64,000 bases of DNA from Fibrobacterales bacterium. GTDB lineage: Bacteria > Fibrobacterota > Fibrobacteria > Fibrobacterales > JAOPTW01. The notes below the pieces were generated by a model. The model made no database searches and was not told the origin of the DNA. It saw nothing but the letters and a program-made list of their open reading frames with translations. How positions within the stretch are numbered: the stretch's first letter is position 1; the number at the start of each line of letters is the position of its first letter. The stretch covers positions 192,001-256,000 of the forward strand of contig JAOPTX010000007.1 of NCBI GenBank assembly GCA_051532055.1, in the 5' to 3' direction. Shown here piece after piece: positions 19,195 to 30,960 of this stretch. The position numbers and the translations under genes were made by a program.

Positions 19195-20193
19195 ATGATC
19201 GTCAATACAACATTTACTAATCGAGTTTATCAACACCACCGTGGACTCTCCTTTGTCGAGATGCTCACCCTCCGTTTTACCTATCGAGATCGCGAATCAT
19301 GGCTCGCACTGATACATGACGAAATCGTTCTTCTCAATAACATACCTACCTCTCCCGACGCTATCGTTGCAACCGACGACTCGATCACCTACATTGTAAA
19401 AGACTACAATGAACCTGACGTCCCCACTGATTATGAAAAAATTTATGAAAATAATGATGTTGTACTTGTATGCAAGCCGCCGCAAGTACCCGTTCAACAA
19501 ACCGGACGTATTATCTATAATACCATGACTAATATATTGAGAAGGGATTTATCTAACAATGCAATTGTTCCCTTTCATCGCATAGATAGAGAAACCAGTG
19601 GCCTTATTCTTTTTGCCAAAAACAACCCTTTTTGTAAAGCACATCAAAAACATTTGAGTTCAATTCTCCACCGAAAATTTTATCTTGCCCTTGTTTCTGG
19701 CTCTATTAACTACACTCATGAAAATATTTCACTTCCCCTGGGAATGCGTACCGATTCACCTATTCGCACCAAGATGTATCCCAATAGCGGCAAACAACAG
19801 ATATCAGAAAGCACCTTTCACACCATTGCTCAATCTGATACCCACTCGTTACTTCTCGTTGAAATTAAGACAGGGAGAAAGCATCAAATCAGAGCACAAT
19901 GTGAATATCTTGGGCATTCTATAATTGGTGATAAAATATATTCACACAATGGATCGTACTATCTCAATTATGTAAATCGTGACTTAGAACAAGACGAGAT
20001 AGAGACCCTGGGAAGTAGCAGACTCTTACTCCATTCATTTGCACTCGATCTCCATCTACCTTATCTCGAACCACAACTTTTCACCTCTACTAAAACCTGC
20101 AGTGAATTTGAAAAGTACTGTGATTCATTTAATAACTGGAAAGAGATCGCAACACAACGAGTCTTAGAGTTGTGTTCAGATAACGAGTGTTGA
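19195..20193 (+). CDS. RluA-family RNA pseudouridine synthase
   Basis: CKPP, HRIDRETSG, TGRKHQIR, IIGDKIY, LLHS; start uncertain. Confidence 0.92.
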   Translation: MIVNTTFTNRVYQHHRGLSFVEMLTLRFTYRDRESWLALIHDEIVLLNNIPTSPDAIVATDDSITYIVKDYNEPDVPTDYEKIYENNDVVLVCKPPQVPVQQTGRIIYNTMTNILRRDLSNNAIVPFHRIDRETSGLILFAKNNPFCKAHQKHLSSILHRKFYLALVSGSINYTHENISLPLGMRTDSPIRTKMYPNSGKQQISESTFHTIAQSDTHSLLLVEIKTGRKHQIRAQCEYLGHSIIGDKIYSHNGSYYLNYVNRDLEQDEIETLGSSRLLLHSFALDLHLPYLEPQLFTSTKTCSEFEKYCDSFNNWKEIATQRVLELCSDNEC

Positions 20194-20194
20194 T

Positions 20195-22027
20195 CTATTT
20201 TTTAAAATTGCCTTCATCTGTTATGAGATAATACCCCGGCTCATCAATCTCAATTGATTGAACGTCACCCTTATCAAATTGATAACCACGCATTTTTACC
20301 GATTCAGGTGCAATAGCACATTCTGAGTCAGAAAGAGAACGTATTGAATACCCATTATTTGAAATAGTCAAATCTTTTATCTCAACCTCAGCGCCTTCTA
20401 CTGCGCGCACTACTAACGCCGCACCACTCTCAATTGTTACATTATCAAGCGTCACTCCACTTCCCTCGACCACGAGGGTTGCATCCGAAGCGATAGTACA
20501 CTGCTTAAACTTTTTAACAACCTCACTGACGGAAAGTGCAGTAGACGGTTTAATAACAACTTGTGGCCCCTGATAAGGAAGCCCTAAAAACAGTTGCACC
20601 ATGCCCTTCTCCGCTGAGGAGCCAGCAAAGCGAAGTTTTTCACTGTTGCCTACATAATAATCACGTTCTGCAGTTGAAGCACATTCTGGATTACTCCCTC
20701 CATCAAACTTAGCTGCAGCGTCTTGTGCATTATTTTTATTACCACTAAAACTCCACGCTCTATCAAAAAGAGTCACACCAGCTTTGTGCTGGGGTTCAAG
20801 TAACTTAGGATAATCTTGCATCATAGTTTCGAGACGCGTAGGCTTTTTAAAAGTCTCTTTTGACGCATCTGCATATTTAGGATTTACAAATTCTGCAATA
20901 ATGCCTTGAGACTTATCAAGGATTTCAATATAACTCGAAAGCTTAATAATAAGTGCATTGGTATTACCCGGATACAGAGACAATCCATTTTCATCTGCTA
21001 CATCGCCTTCTGGGCTAATAGTAGCTCTCAAAAGGGGGTCAAGTTGATTGTACTCAACATTAAGAGAAAGTGAGTGGTCGCCTTTTACCAATTTAGTTAA
21101 TGCACCAACAGCCTCTCCAGGAATCCTTGTTGCCCCAGCGATATTAAAATCATAATCATGCTTTATTGAGGCGCCTAAAAAAGCAGGTGCCGCATTCATT
21201 ATTTGACCATTGGTATCTTGAATAAAGAGGAGATACTCTGTCCCTCCTCCATGGAGTTTCTTTGCCAGACCACTACTGTGAATGAGCATATGTACATCAC
21301 CATGACCATGAGGCTTCATATCAAGGTCATACCGCTCATTCAACGCAAGACCCCCATCATTATTTACAATGGCAGGGACAAGTTCTTGCATGAGCAAATG
21401 TATCTGTTCCTGCTTAAGGCCAAAATAATTATGTCGTTCTAACGATGCGACAGTCTGTTCATGAGTATCTTTTGAAGTCATGATTATAAAAGGTATTGAA
21501 CACACCTCTACAGAACGTTGTTCCATTGCTTTAATCGTTTCACAATAATACTGGAGATACGTCTGACCCGTGATTCCCTCAAAAGGAATATCAATCTTAA
21601 TTCCACCGTATCCTAAGCGCTCTCCAAGACCTCCAGCAACCAGCACAAAGCCCACTTTATCATATGCCGATTCAGCATATGATTCATATTCAAGATATGT
21701 CTCATTAAGTTCTCTAAGATCTACTCCATCAGGTTTTTCGGGTACATACCCTTCAAATGGGTTTGCACCACTTTTAGATGCGGCCAATAATCGCTGAGCA
21801 TTAGCAATATACTGAGTAAGGCCACCTGAATATGAGCCATTAACTCGTACCAATGTCTGTATAAAAGCTTTTTTCTTGTCGTCGCTTATACCCAAATCAT
21901 CCCAATCGGAAAAAAGGTGCACATTGCTATTACTACAAAGAAAAGCGATCAAATCCAACTCACTCTTGCTAAAGAGTGAAGCGTTAGTACCAAGTACCGT
22001 TGTAGCAATAGTGTTGTCTGACGACAT
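20195..22027 (-). CDS. UDP-sugar pyrophosphorylase (USP, plant/protist type)
   Basis: VLVAGGLGERLGY, KPHGHGDVH, QDTN, NVEYNQLDPLLR, FVNPKY, PTRLETMMQDYP; C-terminal beta-helix-like region. Confidence 0.88.
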   Translation of the reverse strand: MSSDNTIATTVLGTNASLFSKSELDLIAFLCSNSNVHLFSDWDDLGISDDKKKAFIQTLVRVNGSYSGGLTQYIANAQRLLAASKSGANPFEGYVPEKPDGVDLRELNETYLEYESYAESAYDKVGFVLVAGGLGERLGYGGIKIDIPFEGITGQTYLQYYCETIKAMEQRSVEVCSIPFIIMTSKDTHEQTVASLERHNYFGLKQEQIHLLMQELVPAIVNNDGGLALNERYDLDMKPHGHGDVHMLIHSSGLAKKLHGGGTEYLLFIQDTNGQIMNAAPAFLGASIKHDYDFNIAGATRIPGEAVGALTKLVKGDHSLSLNVEYNQLDPLLRATISPEGDVADENGLSLYPGNTNALIIKLSSYIEILDKSQGIIAEFVNPKYADASKETFKKPTRLETMMQDYPKLLEPQHKAGVTLFDRAWSFSGNKNNAQDAAAKFDGGSNPECASTAERDYYVGNSEKLRFAGSSAEKGMVQLFLGLPYQGPQVVIKPSTALSVSEVVKKFKQCTIASDATLVVEGSGVTLDNVTIESGAALVVRAVEGAEVEIKDLTISNNGYSIRSLSDSECAIAPESVKMRGYQFDKGDVQSIEIDEPGYYLITDEGNFKK

Positions 22028-22212
22028 AAGGTTCCTCACTACTCAAAATGAGCTTCTGGGACTGTATATTAGCGAATAGGAGAAATATAGTTCTCCTCAC
22101 TCCAAGAGACAAGAAGAGTTGCCGATGAAAAGGACTTTTTACAATGAGAATTACAGAGTTTGGCTTCCTGGAAACGTGTAAACAACTAATAATATTAAAA
22201 AAGTCCAATCAA

Positions 22213-22701
22213 CTACTTCATAAGCGTATCTACTGCACCGAGAAGCTTTTTCTTATCATCATCTTCAAAACCTTCAACTTTGAGTACCAGCTCACCCTTT
22301 GCATCAAAAATAAAGATCGAGGGAAGTGAAAACACCTCAAGCTCTTCTGCTAACCGGCTTCCTTGCCCTGCAAGAAGAGTCGGGTATTCAATATTATTTT
22401 TGATCATATAACTGATCACTTTATTACGTCTCTTTTTCTCAGTATTAATACCAATTGCCGCAAACGCTTTATTCTCATACTTTTTCTGTAATTCGTTGAG
22501 CACAGGAATCACTTTTTTACAGCTCAAACACCATGTTGCCCAGAAGTCAATTATTAAAACCTTCCCCTCAAACTCCTTTGAAGAGACCACCATATCATCA
22601 ATATCCTTAAAGGCAAACTTCGGCATCATCTGCTTCTCTTGAGCAGACAAAGAGGTCCCTATAAAGAGACAAAACAATAGAACTATTTTAATCACCGACA
22701 A
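22213..22701 (-). CDS. TlpA-family thiol:disulfide oxidoreductase
   Basis: Signal peptide; DFWATWCLSC. Confidence 0.9.
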   Translation of the reverse strand: MSVIKIVLLFCLFIGTSLSAQEKQMMPKFAFKDIDDMVVSSKEFEGKVLIIDFWATWCLSCKKVIPVLNELQKKYENKAFAAIGINTEKKRRNKVISYMIKNNIEYPTLLAGQGSRLAEELEVFSLPSIFIFDAKGELVLKVEGFEDDDKKKLLGAVDTLMK

Positions 22702-22950
22702 CTCCTTAATCGATAAAATTCAACCTCAATAATATATACTCTATTGCTATTTCTCATTCATAAAGAATTACATATATTGCTGATTTTGGGTACAAAAACG
22801 AACTTGTTACAGCTTGTAATATTAACAAAGCCTAATAGTCATTTCTCTTTTATTACCTGATAATTAGGGCAATATTACTATTATAGGGGTTAACGTGATA
22901 TTCAGGGAGTCTGACTCTCCCGACAGAGTGTAAAGGGTTAAAATTTATCA

Positions 22951-24222
22951 ATGAATGTTACTCCCGAAAGACATACATGTATTCTTGGTATGAATCATTC
23001 AACCGCATCAATTGATAAGCGGGACAGTCTCCTTTTTGCCCAAGGTGAACGTTCAGAAGTACTCGACCGATTTGCCTCAATTACCGGGGTAAAAGAGGTC
23101 ATCCTCATATCCACGTGTAATAGAACTGAAGTCTATGTAATAGTAGACCGCGACCCAAACCTACTCTATGAACGTTTTCTCAACTGTTGGCTCGATTTCA
23201 AATCCCTTGATCGCACCATTTTTGAAGAGTGTTACTATTTTCATGCACACGAAAAAGCTATTGAGCACCTCTTTAGAGTTGCCTGTTCACTGGATAGCCT
23301 TATTGTAGGTGAAGTACAAATTCTTGGCCAAATCAAACAAGCCTACCACTTTTCAAAAGCTGAGAAAACCACTGACCTTTACCTTAATCGTCTCTTCCAG
23401 GAAGCTATTAAAATCGGTAAACGAGCAAGAACTGAGACCGGAATCAGCAAAGGTGCCGTATCTATAAGTTACGCCGCTGTTGAACTTCTCCGTAAAAAAA
23501 TACCGCAATTAAGTTCATCACGAGTCGGTATTATTGGTACAGGCAAAATGGGTGAACTCTCTGTGAAGTCACTCATTGACAATGGAGTTACCTCCATGCA
23601 TTTTATCAATAGAACATACTCCAGGGCAGAAGAAATGGCCGAAGTATACAATGGCCATGCATGGCCATTAGAAGACCTTACAAAAGCTATAAAACACCTC
23701 GACATTGTCATTAGTAGCGTCGGTTCCAAAGAGCCGATTATTACAAATGAAACTATTACCGCAGCCAATCCAGATAAAGAACTGATTATTGTTGATATCG
23801 CTGCACCACGAAACGTTGCTGCAACTGTCAACGACCTTGATGGCATTTCTGTCTATGACATCGATGACCTCAAACTCATAGTTGATGAAAACATTGGCAA
23901 ACGTCAAACTGAAATCGACCAAGTCGAAGTAATCATCCAAGAAGAGCTTGAAGGCTTCTATGCCTGGTATAGTGCTCAAGAGATTGTTCCTGTTCTTAAA
24001 GCAATGCGCCTCCACATTCAGGATATCGCCCACAACGAACTCAAATCACTCGAGAATCAACTCGACGACAAAGAGTACGATGCTGTCAAACAGGCAATCC
24101 ACACCCTCACCAACAAAATCCTCCACACTCCTTCCCGCGCTCTCAAGCAGATGTGCACCGAAGGCCGCACCGAAGAAGCGGCACGCTACGCCAAAGAACT
24201 CTTCGGCCTCAAAGTAGACTAA
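22951..24222 (+). CDS. hemA: Glutamyl-tRNA reductase
   Basis: STCNRTE, LDSLIVGEVQILGQ, GTGKMG, DIAAPRNV. Confidence 0.96.
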   Translation: MNVTPERHTCILGMNHSTASIDKRDSLLFAQGERSEVLDRFASITGVKEVILISTCNRTEVYVIVDRDPNLLYERFLNCWLDFKSLDRTIFEECYYFHAHEKAIEHLFRVACSLDSLIVGEVQILGQIKQAYHFSKAEKTTDLYLNRLFQEAIKIGKRARTETGISKGAVSISYAAVELLRKKIPQLSSSRVGIIGTGKMGELSVKSLIDNGVTSMHFINRTYSRAEEMAEVYNGHAWPLEDLTKAIKHLDIVISSVGSKEPIITNETITAANPDKELIIVDIAAPRNVAATVNDLDGISVYDIDDLKLIVDENIGKRQTEIDQVEVIIQEELEGFYAWYSAQEIVPVLKAMRLHIQDIAHNELKSLENQLDDKEYDAVKQAIHTLTNKILHTPSRALKQMCTEGRTEEAARYAKELFGLKVD

Positions 24223-24405
24223 ATAAAAAATTGAGAATACAAAATTTTACTTAAATAGAAAAAGTGAAATTTTCAAATAGCATTTCCAACAAATATTTCA
24301 ATCTTTAGACAAGATATCGCCCAAGTAAGCAAAGCGATAAAAACCGAGCTATTCTCGGAAGTATGCTGAAAATCAGACAAAGAATTATATCTGAATTCAC
24401 TCATG

Positions 24406-24510
24406 CCTCGAAGGATAAGAGGGAATTCAGATGAGGCGTTTTGTTTGAATGCGTACACTAGTACGTCGAAGGCAAAAGAACGAAATATGAATCGCTCTTA
24501 TCCTTCGAGG
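24406..24510. repeat. Palindromic element, copy B, overlapping the thiH stop codon
   Basis: Perfect 16-bp arms CCTCGAAGGATAAGAG / CTCTTATCCTTCGAGG; core AGGCG...GCGTAC-ACTA-GTACGT...AACG. Confidence 0.8.
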
Positions 24511-25622
24511 GCGATGTCCCAGTCCTTCCAAACTACATCATACCCTTGCGATTTGATAACACTCTCTATCTCAGCAGGAGTCCGCTCATCAGAAATAGAG
24601 AACTGTTCAACTGCCTCCTCATCAAGAGCATAGCCACCTGGATCTGTTTTAGAACCCGCACTAACTGTGGTAACACCAAGCTTAAAGGTATTATCTCTAA
24701 AGAAGGGCTTTTCTCGTGTAGACATTGAGAGTTCTACATCTTCATTAAAGATCCGATAGGCACAAAGGAGCTGGAGAAATTGCCGATCATCAAGCTGTGA
24801 TGCAGGAGATTGCAATCCTTCCGCTGGCCTCAATCTCGGAAACGAAAGCGAGTAACGGGTTCGCCAATATGTTTTCTCTAAGTAATCTAAATGAAGTGCA
24901 GTAAAAAACGAGTCAGTACGCCAATCTTTTTCGAGCCCAAGAAGTGCACCAATACCGATTTTTCTCACATGGGCACGCCCCAATCTATCAGGCGTATCAA
25001 GACGATACTCAAAATCTGTCTTTTTTCCCTTAAGATGATAGAGTGAATAATTTTCTTTATGATAAGTTTCTTGATAGACCATTACCGCACTGACACCTAG
25101 TGCAATCAACTGTTCATACTCGCCCTGATCCATGGGTTGTACTTCAATTGATATATGTGAAAAGTACGGACGAATCAAACGAATCACATCTTTAAAGTAA
25201 TCAACGCCTACTTTCTTTTTTGACTCACCGGTAACCAAAAGAACATGGTCGAAACCAAGGCTTTTAATGACTGAAACCTCTTGCATAATTTGATCATGAT
25301 TCAAAGTCAGTCTATCCAATTTGTTATTACTACTAAAACCACAGTACGAACAGGCATTACTACACTCATTTGAGAGATAAAGGGGAATATACATCTGTAT
25401 GGTTTTCCCAAAGCGCTTTTGCGTCAATTTATTACTCAGTTGAGCCATCTGTTCAAGATACGGTGCTGCAGCTGGCGAAATAAGAGCCATAAAATCTTCA
25501 AGTGTTCCACGACCTGCACGAGACAACGCCCCTCGTACATCTGCGTCACTTTTTGATTCAATTTTTTCTGTTACTGCATCCCAATCATACTGTGCATGGG
25601 TCTCTATAAATGATCTATTCAT
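24498..25622 (-). CDS. thiH: 2-iminoacetate synthase (radical SAM)
   Basis: PLYLSNECSNACSYCGF, YQETY, SFPRLRP, SAGSKTDPGGY; thi operon context. Confidence 0.95.
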   Translation of the reverse strand: MNRSFIETHAQYDWDAVTEKIESKSDADVRGALSRAGRGTLEDFMALISPAAAPYLEQMAQLSNKLTQKRFGKTIQMYIPLYLSNECSNACSYCGFSSNNKLDRLTLNHDQIMQEVSVIKSLGFDHVLLVTGESKKKVGVDYFKDVIRLIRPYFSHISIEVQPMDQGEYEQLIALGVSAVMVYQETYHKENYSLYHLKGKKTDFEYRLDTPDRLGRAHVRKIGIGALLGLEKDWRTDSFFTALHLDYLEKTYWRTRYSLSFPRLRPAEGLQSPASQLDDRQFLQLLCAYRIFNEDVELSMSTREKPFFRDNTFKLGVTTVSAGSKTDPGGYALDEEAVEQFSISDERTPAEIESVIKSQGYDVVWKDWDIALEG

Positions 25623-25656
25623 GTTCTCTCTCTAGCGATTTTAGTAGTGACAATTC

Positions 25657-26436
25657 TTAACCTAAAAAACCTGTTAACGATTCCATTGGGCTGGTAGCAT
25701 GGGCGACATCTTGAACTTCACCAAGACCAGCTTCATAGGCAGTACGCCCTGCTTCAATTGCCAAAGCAAAAGCGCGGCCCATCTTAACAGGGTCGCTCGC
25801 AACAGCTATAGCGGTATTAACCAAACATGCATCTGCACCCATCTCCATCGCCTCTGCAGCATGAGAAGGGGCACCAATTCCTGCGTCCACAATAACGGGT
25901 ACTCTACTCTGTTCTATAATAATTTTCAAAAATTCTTTTGATGCAAGGCCTTTATTAGTACCAATAGGTGCACCGAGGGGCATTACTGCTTGAGCCCCCA
26001 CCTCTTCGAGTCGTTTTGCAAGGACAGGGTCGGCATGCATATAGGGAAGTACAATAAACCCCTCTTTTACCAATTGCTCTGTCGCAATAAGGGTCTCTAC
26101 CGGATCGGGCATGAGGTATTTAGGATCAGGATGTATTTCAAGTTTAATCCAGTTAGTCTCAAGAGCTTCTCTTGCAAGCTTCGCTGAGAAAAGTGCCTCT
26201 TTCGCATTCCTGACCCCTGATGTATTAGGGAGAAGGTTGAATTGAGGATGCTTGATTAAATGTTCCAAGATCGGGTCTTTTTTACCTTGTACATCAACGC
26301 GTTTTAGGGCAACGGTAACGAGCTCCGACCCACTTGCTAATAGGGCTTCTTCCATGTTCTCTGCACTACTAAACTTACCAGTTCCGGTAAAAAGCCTTGA
26401 TTGTAATGTCTTATTTCCAATATATAATGGTTCCAT
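25657..26436 (-). CDS. thiG: Thiazole synthase
   Basis: [34 protein letters not shown]; start moved to ATG 26436 after GGAGG. Confidence 0.96.
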   Translation of the reverse strand: MEPLYIGNKTLQSRLFTGTGKFSSAENMEEALLASGSELVTVALKRVDVQGKKDPILEHLIKHPQFNLLPNTSGVRNAKEALFSAKLAREALETNWIKLEIHPDPKYLMPDPVETLIATEQLVKEGFIVLPYMHADPVLAKRLEEVGAQAVMPLGAPIGTNKGLASKEFLKIIIEQSRVPVIVDAGIGAPSHAAEAMEMGADACLVNTAIAVASDPVKMGRAFALAIEAGRTAYEAGLGEVQDVAHATSPMESLTGFLG

Positions 26437-26505
26437 TGTATAACCTCCGGTTACTTGAACATTTAAAAAATTAAGGGTCGAGCAATTGCACATCCCTCAC
26501 ATATT

Positions 26506-27126
26506 TTATTGATCAACCTTCTTAATAATTTCTTTCATAATTCCCACTCTATCTTCTGCGGTATTGACTACTGAACAGAGTGCAAATCCATAAGCGCCTG
26601 TTGCCAATACATCAGAAATGTCATCAGGAACAATTCCGCCAATAGCTATAACCGGTATTTCCGGTAGTGCCCAAGCAATTTCTTTGACACCTTCTGCACC
26701 CATCACTGGGGCAAGGTTCTCTTTTGTTGTCGTAAATTTATAAGGGCCAATACCCAAATAATCAATATCAAATTCAGCCATCGCTTTAGCATCTGCTAAA
26801 GAATTTGCTGTTGCCCCAATAATTGCATGAGGCCCAAGCTCATTTCGAGCAAGGTCGGGGCGCATATCGTTTTTACCAATATGCACTCCATCAGCACCTA
26901 TCTCTTTTGCGAGAGGGACATTATCATTGATTATAAAGGTTGCACCGTATTTTTTACAGACCACCTGAACTGCCAAAGCTGTTTCAGTCTGTTCTGACTC
27001 AGGTACTTTTTTCATACGGATCTGTACCCAAGTTGCCCCACCTTTACACGCCTCTTCTGCTAGAGCTGCATGGGTCATGCCAACTATTCCGTCTTGAGTT
27101 AGGTAGTGTACTTTTGCTATTTCCAT
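26506..27126 (-). CDS. thiE: Thiamine-phosphate synthase
   Basis: VQIRMK, FIIND, ADGVHIG, TTTK, AIGGI. Confidence 0.93.
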   Translation of the reverse strand: MEIAKVHYLTQDGIVGMTHAALAEEACKGGATWVQIRMKKVPESEQTETALAVQVVCKKYGATFIINDNVPLAKEIGADGVHIGKNDMRPDLARNELGPHAIIGATANSLADAKAMAEFDIDYLGIGPYKFTTTKENLAPVMGAEGVKEIAWALPEIPVIAIGGIVPDDISDVLATGAYGFALCSVVNTAEDRVGIMKEIIKKVDQ

Positions 27127-27896
27127 TTATGATACCCCAACATACTTTCATTTGAAGCAAGGAGTTCTTCAACATACTCCTTGGCCATTTTACATGCATC
27201 ATTTAATTCTGCGCCCAGTGCAAGATGTGCCAATACTGCTGAAGAGTAGACACACCCCGAACCATGTTTCGGACTCAGCTTTTCGCCACTGCCAGAAATT
27301 TGATATATCTGCTCTAACCGAATCAATCGGTCACAATAATTATCACTTTCTATATGCCCCCCTTTCAGGAGAACATTCGTGTGTTTACTTAACTCTTTGG
27401 CATACCCAAGGGCATCACTCCCTGCAATATGTTCCATCTCAGTCCAATTTGGAGTAATAGCATACAGGGATTTGCAAGTGGACTCTAAAGCCCCTTTATG
27501 AAAAGCAGAATGTATTTCAAAACCAGCACTCGCTTTAATTATCGGATCCCAAATGATATGCACTCGTGGATTTTTTTCGTACAAGTGGTCAATTATGAGA
27601 TTCAATACTTCAATATTTTGTACTAACCCAATTTTTACATACTCAAAAGCGAAGTCCAACACATCTATTTGACGCTTAATTTCTTTTGAACTATACCAAG
27701 TCAAATCGTTAAACTCAGTATCGTTTTGATAGGTCATTGCAGTCACCACAGAAAAGCCATAGACACCATGTGCTTCATAGGTTTTTATATCAGCAAGTGC
27801 ACCTGCGCCGCTAGAGGGGTCAAAACCCGCAATGGAAAGTACTTTAGGTCGATGTAAACCATTATATCGAGCCACTAAGTACCTCCGCTGTATCAA
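27117..27896 (-). CDS. thiD: Hydroxymethylpyrimidine/phosphomethylpyrimidine kinase
   Basis: LSIAGFDPSSGAG..ADIKT, TPN, LKGGH, HGSGC; start uncertain. Confidence 0.92.
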   Translation of the reverse strand: MIQRRYLVARYNGLHRPKVLSIAGFDPSSGAGALADIKTYEAHGVYGFSVVTAMTYQNDTEFNDLTWYSSKEIKRQIDVLDFAFEYVKIGLVQNIEVLNLIIDHLYEKNPRVHIIWDPIIKASAGFEIHSAFHKGALESTCKSLYAITPNWTEMEHIAGSDALGYAKELSKHTNVLLKGGHIESDNYCDRLIRLEQIYQISGSGEKLSPKHGSGCVYSSAVLAHLALGAELNDACKMAKEYVEELLASNESMLGYHKWK

Positions 27897-28449
27897 TTAT
27901 TTTTGCCATCTCTGCTACCGGCTTTTTACTACCCCAAAGAGCGCCAAGCACTGCCGCACCTTTAAAGCCATACCCATAAACATCTTCAAGCCTTTCAACC
28001 GAAACACCACCAAGAGCATATACCTTTTTAAGATTTGGCTTACGAAGACACTCATCATTGAACTGCGCCTTATATCCCTCTTTTGATATACTATCAAAAA
28101 TGGGACTTAAGAACATATAGTCTAACTCATTACCAAATTTTTCAATCTCTATGAGACTATGACAAGAACGGCTTAACGAGCGAACTGACTTCTTTAATGC
28201 AAAATTAGTCTGCTTGCTTTTAAGATGTACCCCACCAAACAGTTCGGTAAAAGGCCAGTGCTTGAGGTCGTGTAACACCAATTTCTTACGGTACGATTTT
28301 TGAAATGACTCCAAAAAAGGTACCAACTGTTTTGGGGTCCAGTTCGGCTTTCGGATATGAAACTTATAGGCCCCAAGATCCAGCATCTCTTCAATTAAAG
28401 AGACTTCATTTTCAATTGTGGCGGGCGATGTTATTCCTATTATATTCAT
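27862..28449 (-). CDS. ThiE/TenI-family protein (second ThiE-like gene)
   Basis: HIRKP, GVHL, SRSCHS, FLSPIFDSISKEGY, YALGGV. Confidence 0.85.
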   Translation of the reverse strand: MNIIGITSPATIENEVSLIEEMLDLGAYKFHIRKPNWTPKQLVPFLESFQKSYRKKLVLHDLKHWPFTELFGGVHLKSKQTNFALKKSVRSLSRSCHSLIEIEKFGNELDYMFLSPIFDSISKEGYKAQFNDECLRKPNLKKVYALGGVSVERLEDVYGYGFKGAAVLGALWGSKKPVAEMAKIIDTAEVLSGSI

Positions 28450-28533
28450 ATGGTATTGGCGCTTTCAAAACGAAATGCTATAGATCTGGTTCTTAAAGCA
28501 CAATGCACTCTAAGAGCCAGATCTTTTCAATTA

Positions 28534-30387
<1,854 letters not shown>

Positions 30388-30407
30388 TTATGGGTTTAAA
30401 ATTCTGG

Positions 30408-30611
30408 TTATCCACCCTGTGTTGCTTGAATAAGCAATACAGAATCACTCTCATTTAACTGAGCTGTTGCCCAGTCAGAGCGGGATATAATTTCTTCGTT
30501 CACCGCAATCGCCGTACCGTTAAGTGCATCAGCTCTATGTTCTTTGAGCAGATCAAGCACTGTAGCACCATCGGCTAGAGTATACGGATTTTCATTGAGT
30601 GAGATAATCAT
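30408..30611 (-). CDS. thiS: Sulfur carrier protein
   Basis: 67 aa; AIAVN; C-terminal QGG. Confidence 0.93.
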   Translation of the reverse strand: MIISLNENPYTLADGATVLDLLKEHRADALNGTAIAVNEEIISRSDWATAQLNESDSVLLIQATQGG

Positions 30612-30612
30612 T

Positions 30613-30698
30613 GTCCTCCCTTCGTCTTCATTACAAGCATCAGGTTATAAGGGTCTGTTCTCAGCCATCTTGACAACGTCAGTAGGCACCCCTGGTTT
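30613..30698 (-). ncRNA. TPP riboswitch
   Basis: Minus strand GGGGTGCC...GGCTGAGA...ACCCTT..AACCTGAT...TAATG...CGAAGGGA immediately 5' of thiS. Confidence 0.93.
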
Positions 30699-30854
30699 TG
30701 ATGGATAAAAGATAGTCAAACCCCACTGATTTTTCACCAGCTAAGCCACTTAGACCCCTAATTTACACGTTTGTGTATCAAAACACCCTTTTTAGCCTAA
30801 AACAGTAGAATGCTAGAAATGAACACCATTTCATACTATCTTTGAGGCTTAATT

Positions 30855-30928
30855 GCTCTCGTGGCTTAGCTGGATAAAGCGTTGGCCTCCGAAGCCGAAG
30901 ACCACAGGTTCGAATCCTGTCGGGAGCA
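30855..30928 (+). tRNA. tRNA-Arg(CCG)
   Basis: Acceptor GCTCTCG/CGGGAGC, D arm GCTT/AAGC, anticodon loop CTCCGAA, T arm ACAGG-TTCGAAT-CCTGT; CCA not encoded. Confidence 0.96.
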
Positions 30929-30933
30929 TTTAT

Positions 30934-30960
30934 AAAAGGTGTCCCAACGGGATGCCTTTT
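30934..30960 (+). terminator. Rho-independent terminator after the tRNA
   Basis: AAAAGGTGTCCC-AAC-GGGATGCCTTTT. Confidence 0.8.

Noticed and set aside
22804..22829. Imperfect palindromes (TGTTACA-GCT-TGTAATA; TTGTAATATTAACAA) upstream of hemA
   Set aside because: AT-rich and imperfect; cannot be told from chance or assigned to a regulator.
24403..24633. 76-aa plus-strand ORF
   Set aside because: Runs through the palindromic element and antisense to thiH; no protein-like features.
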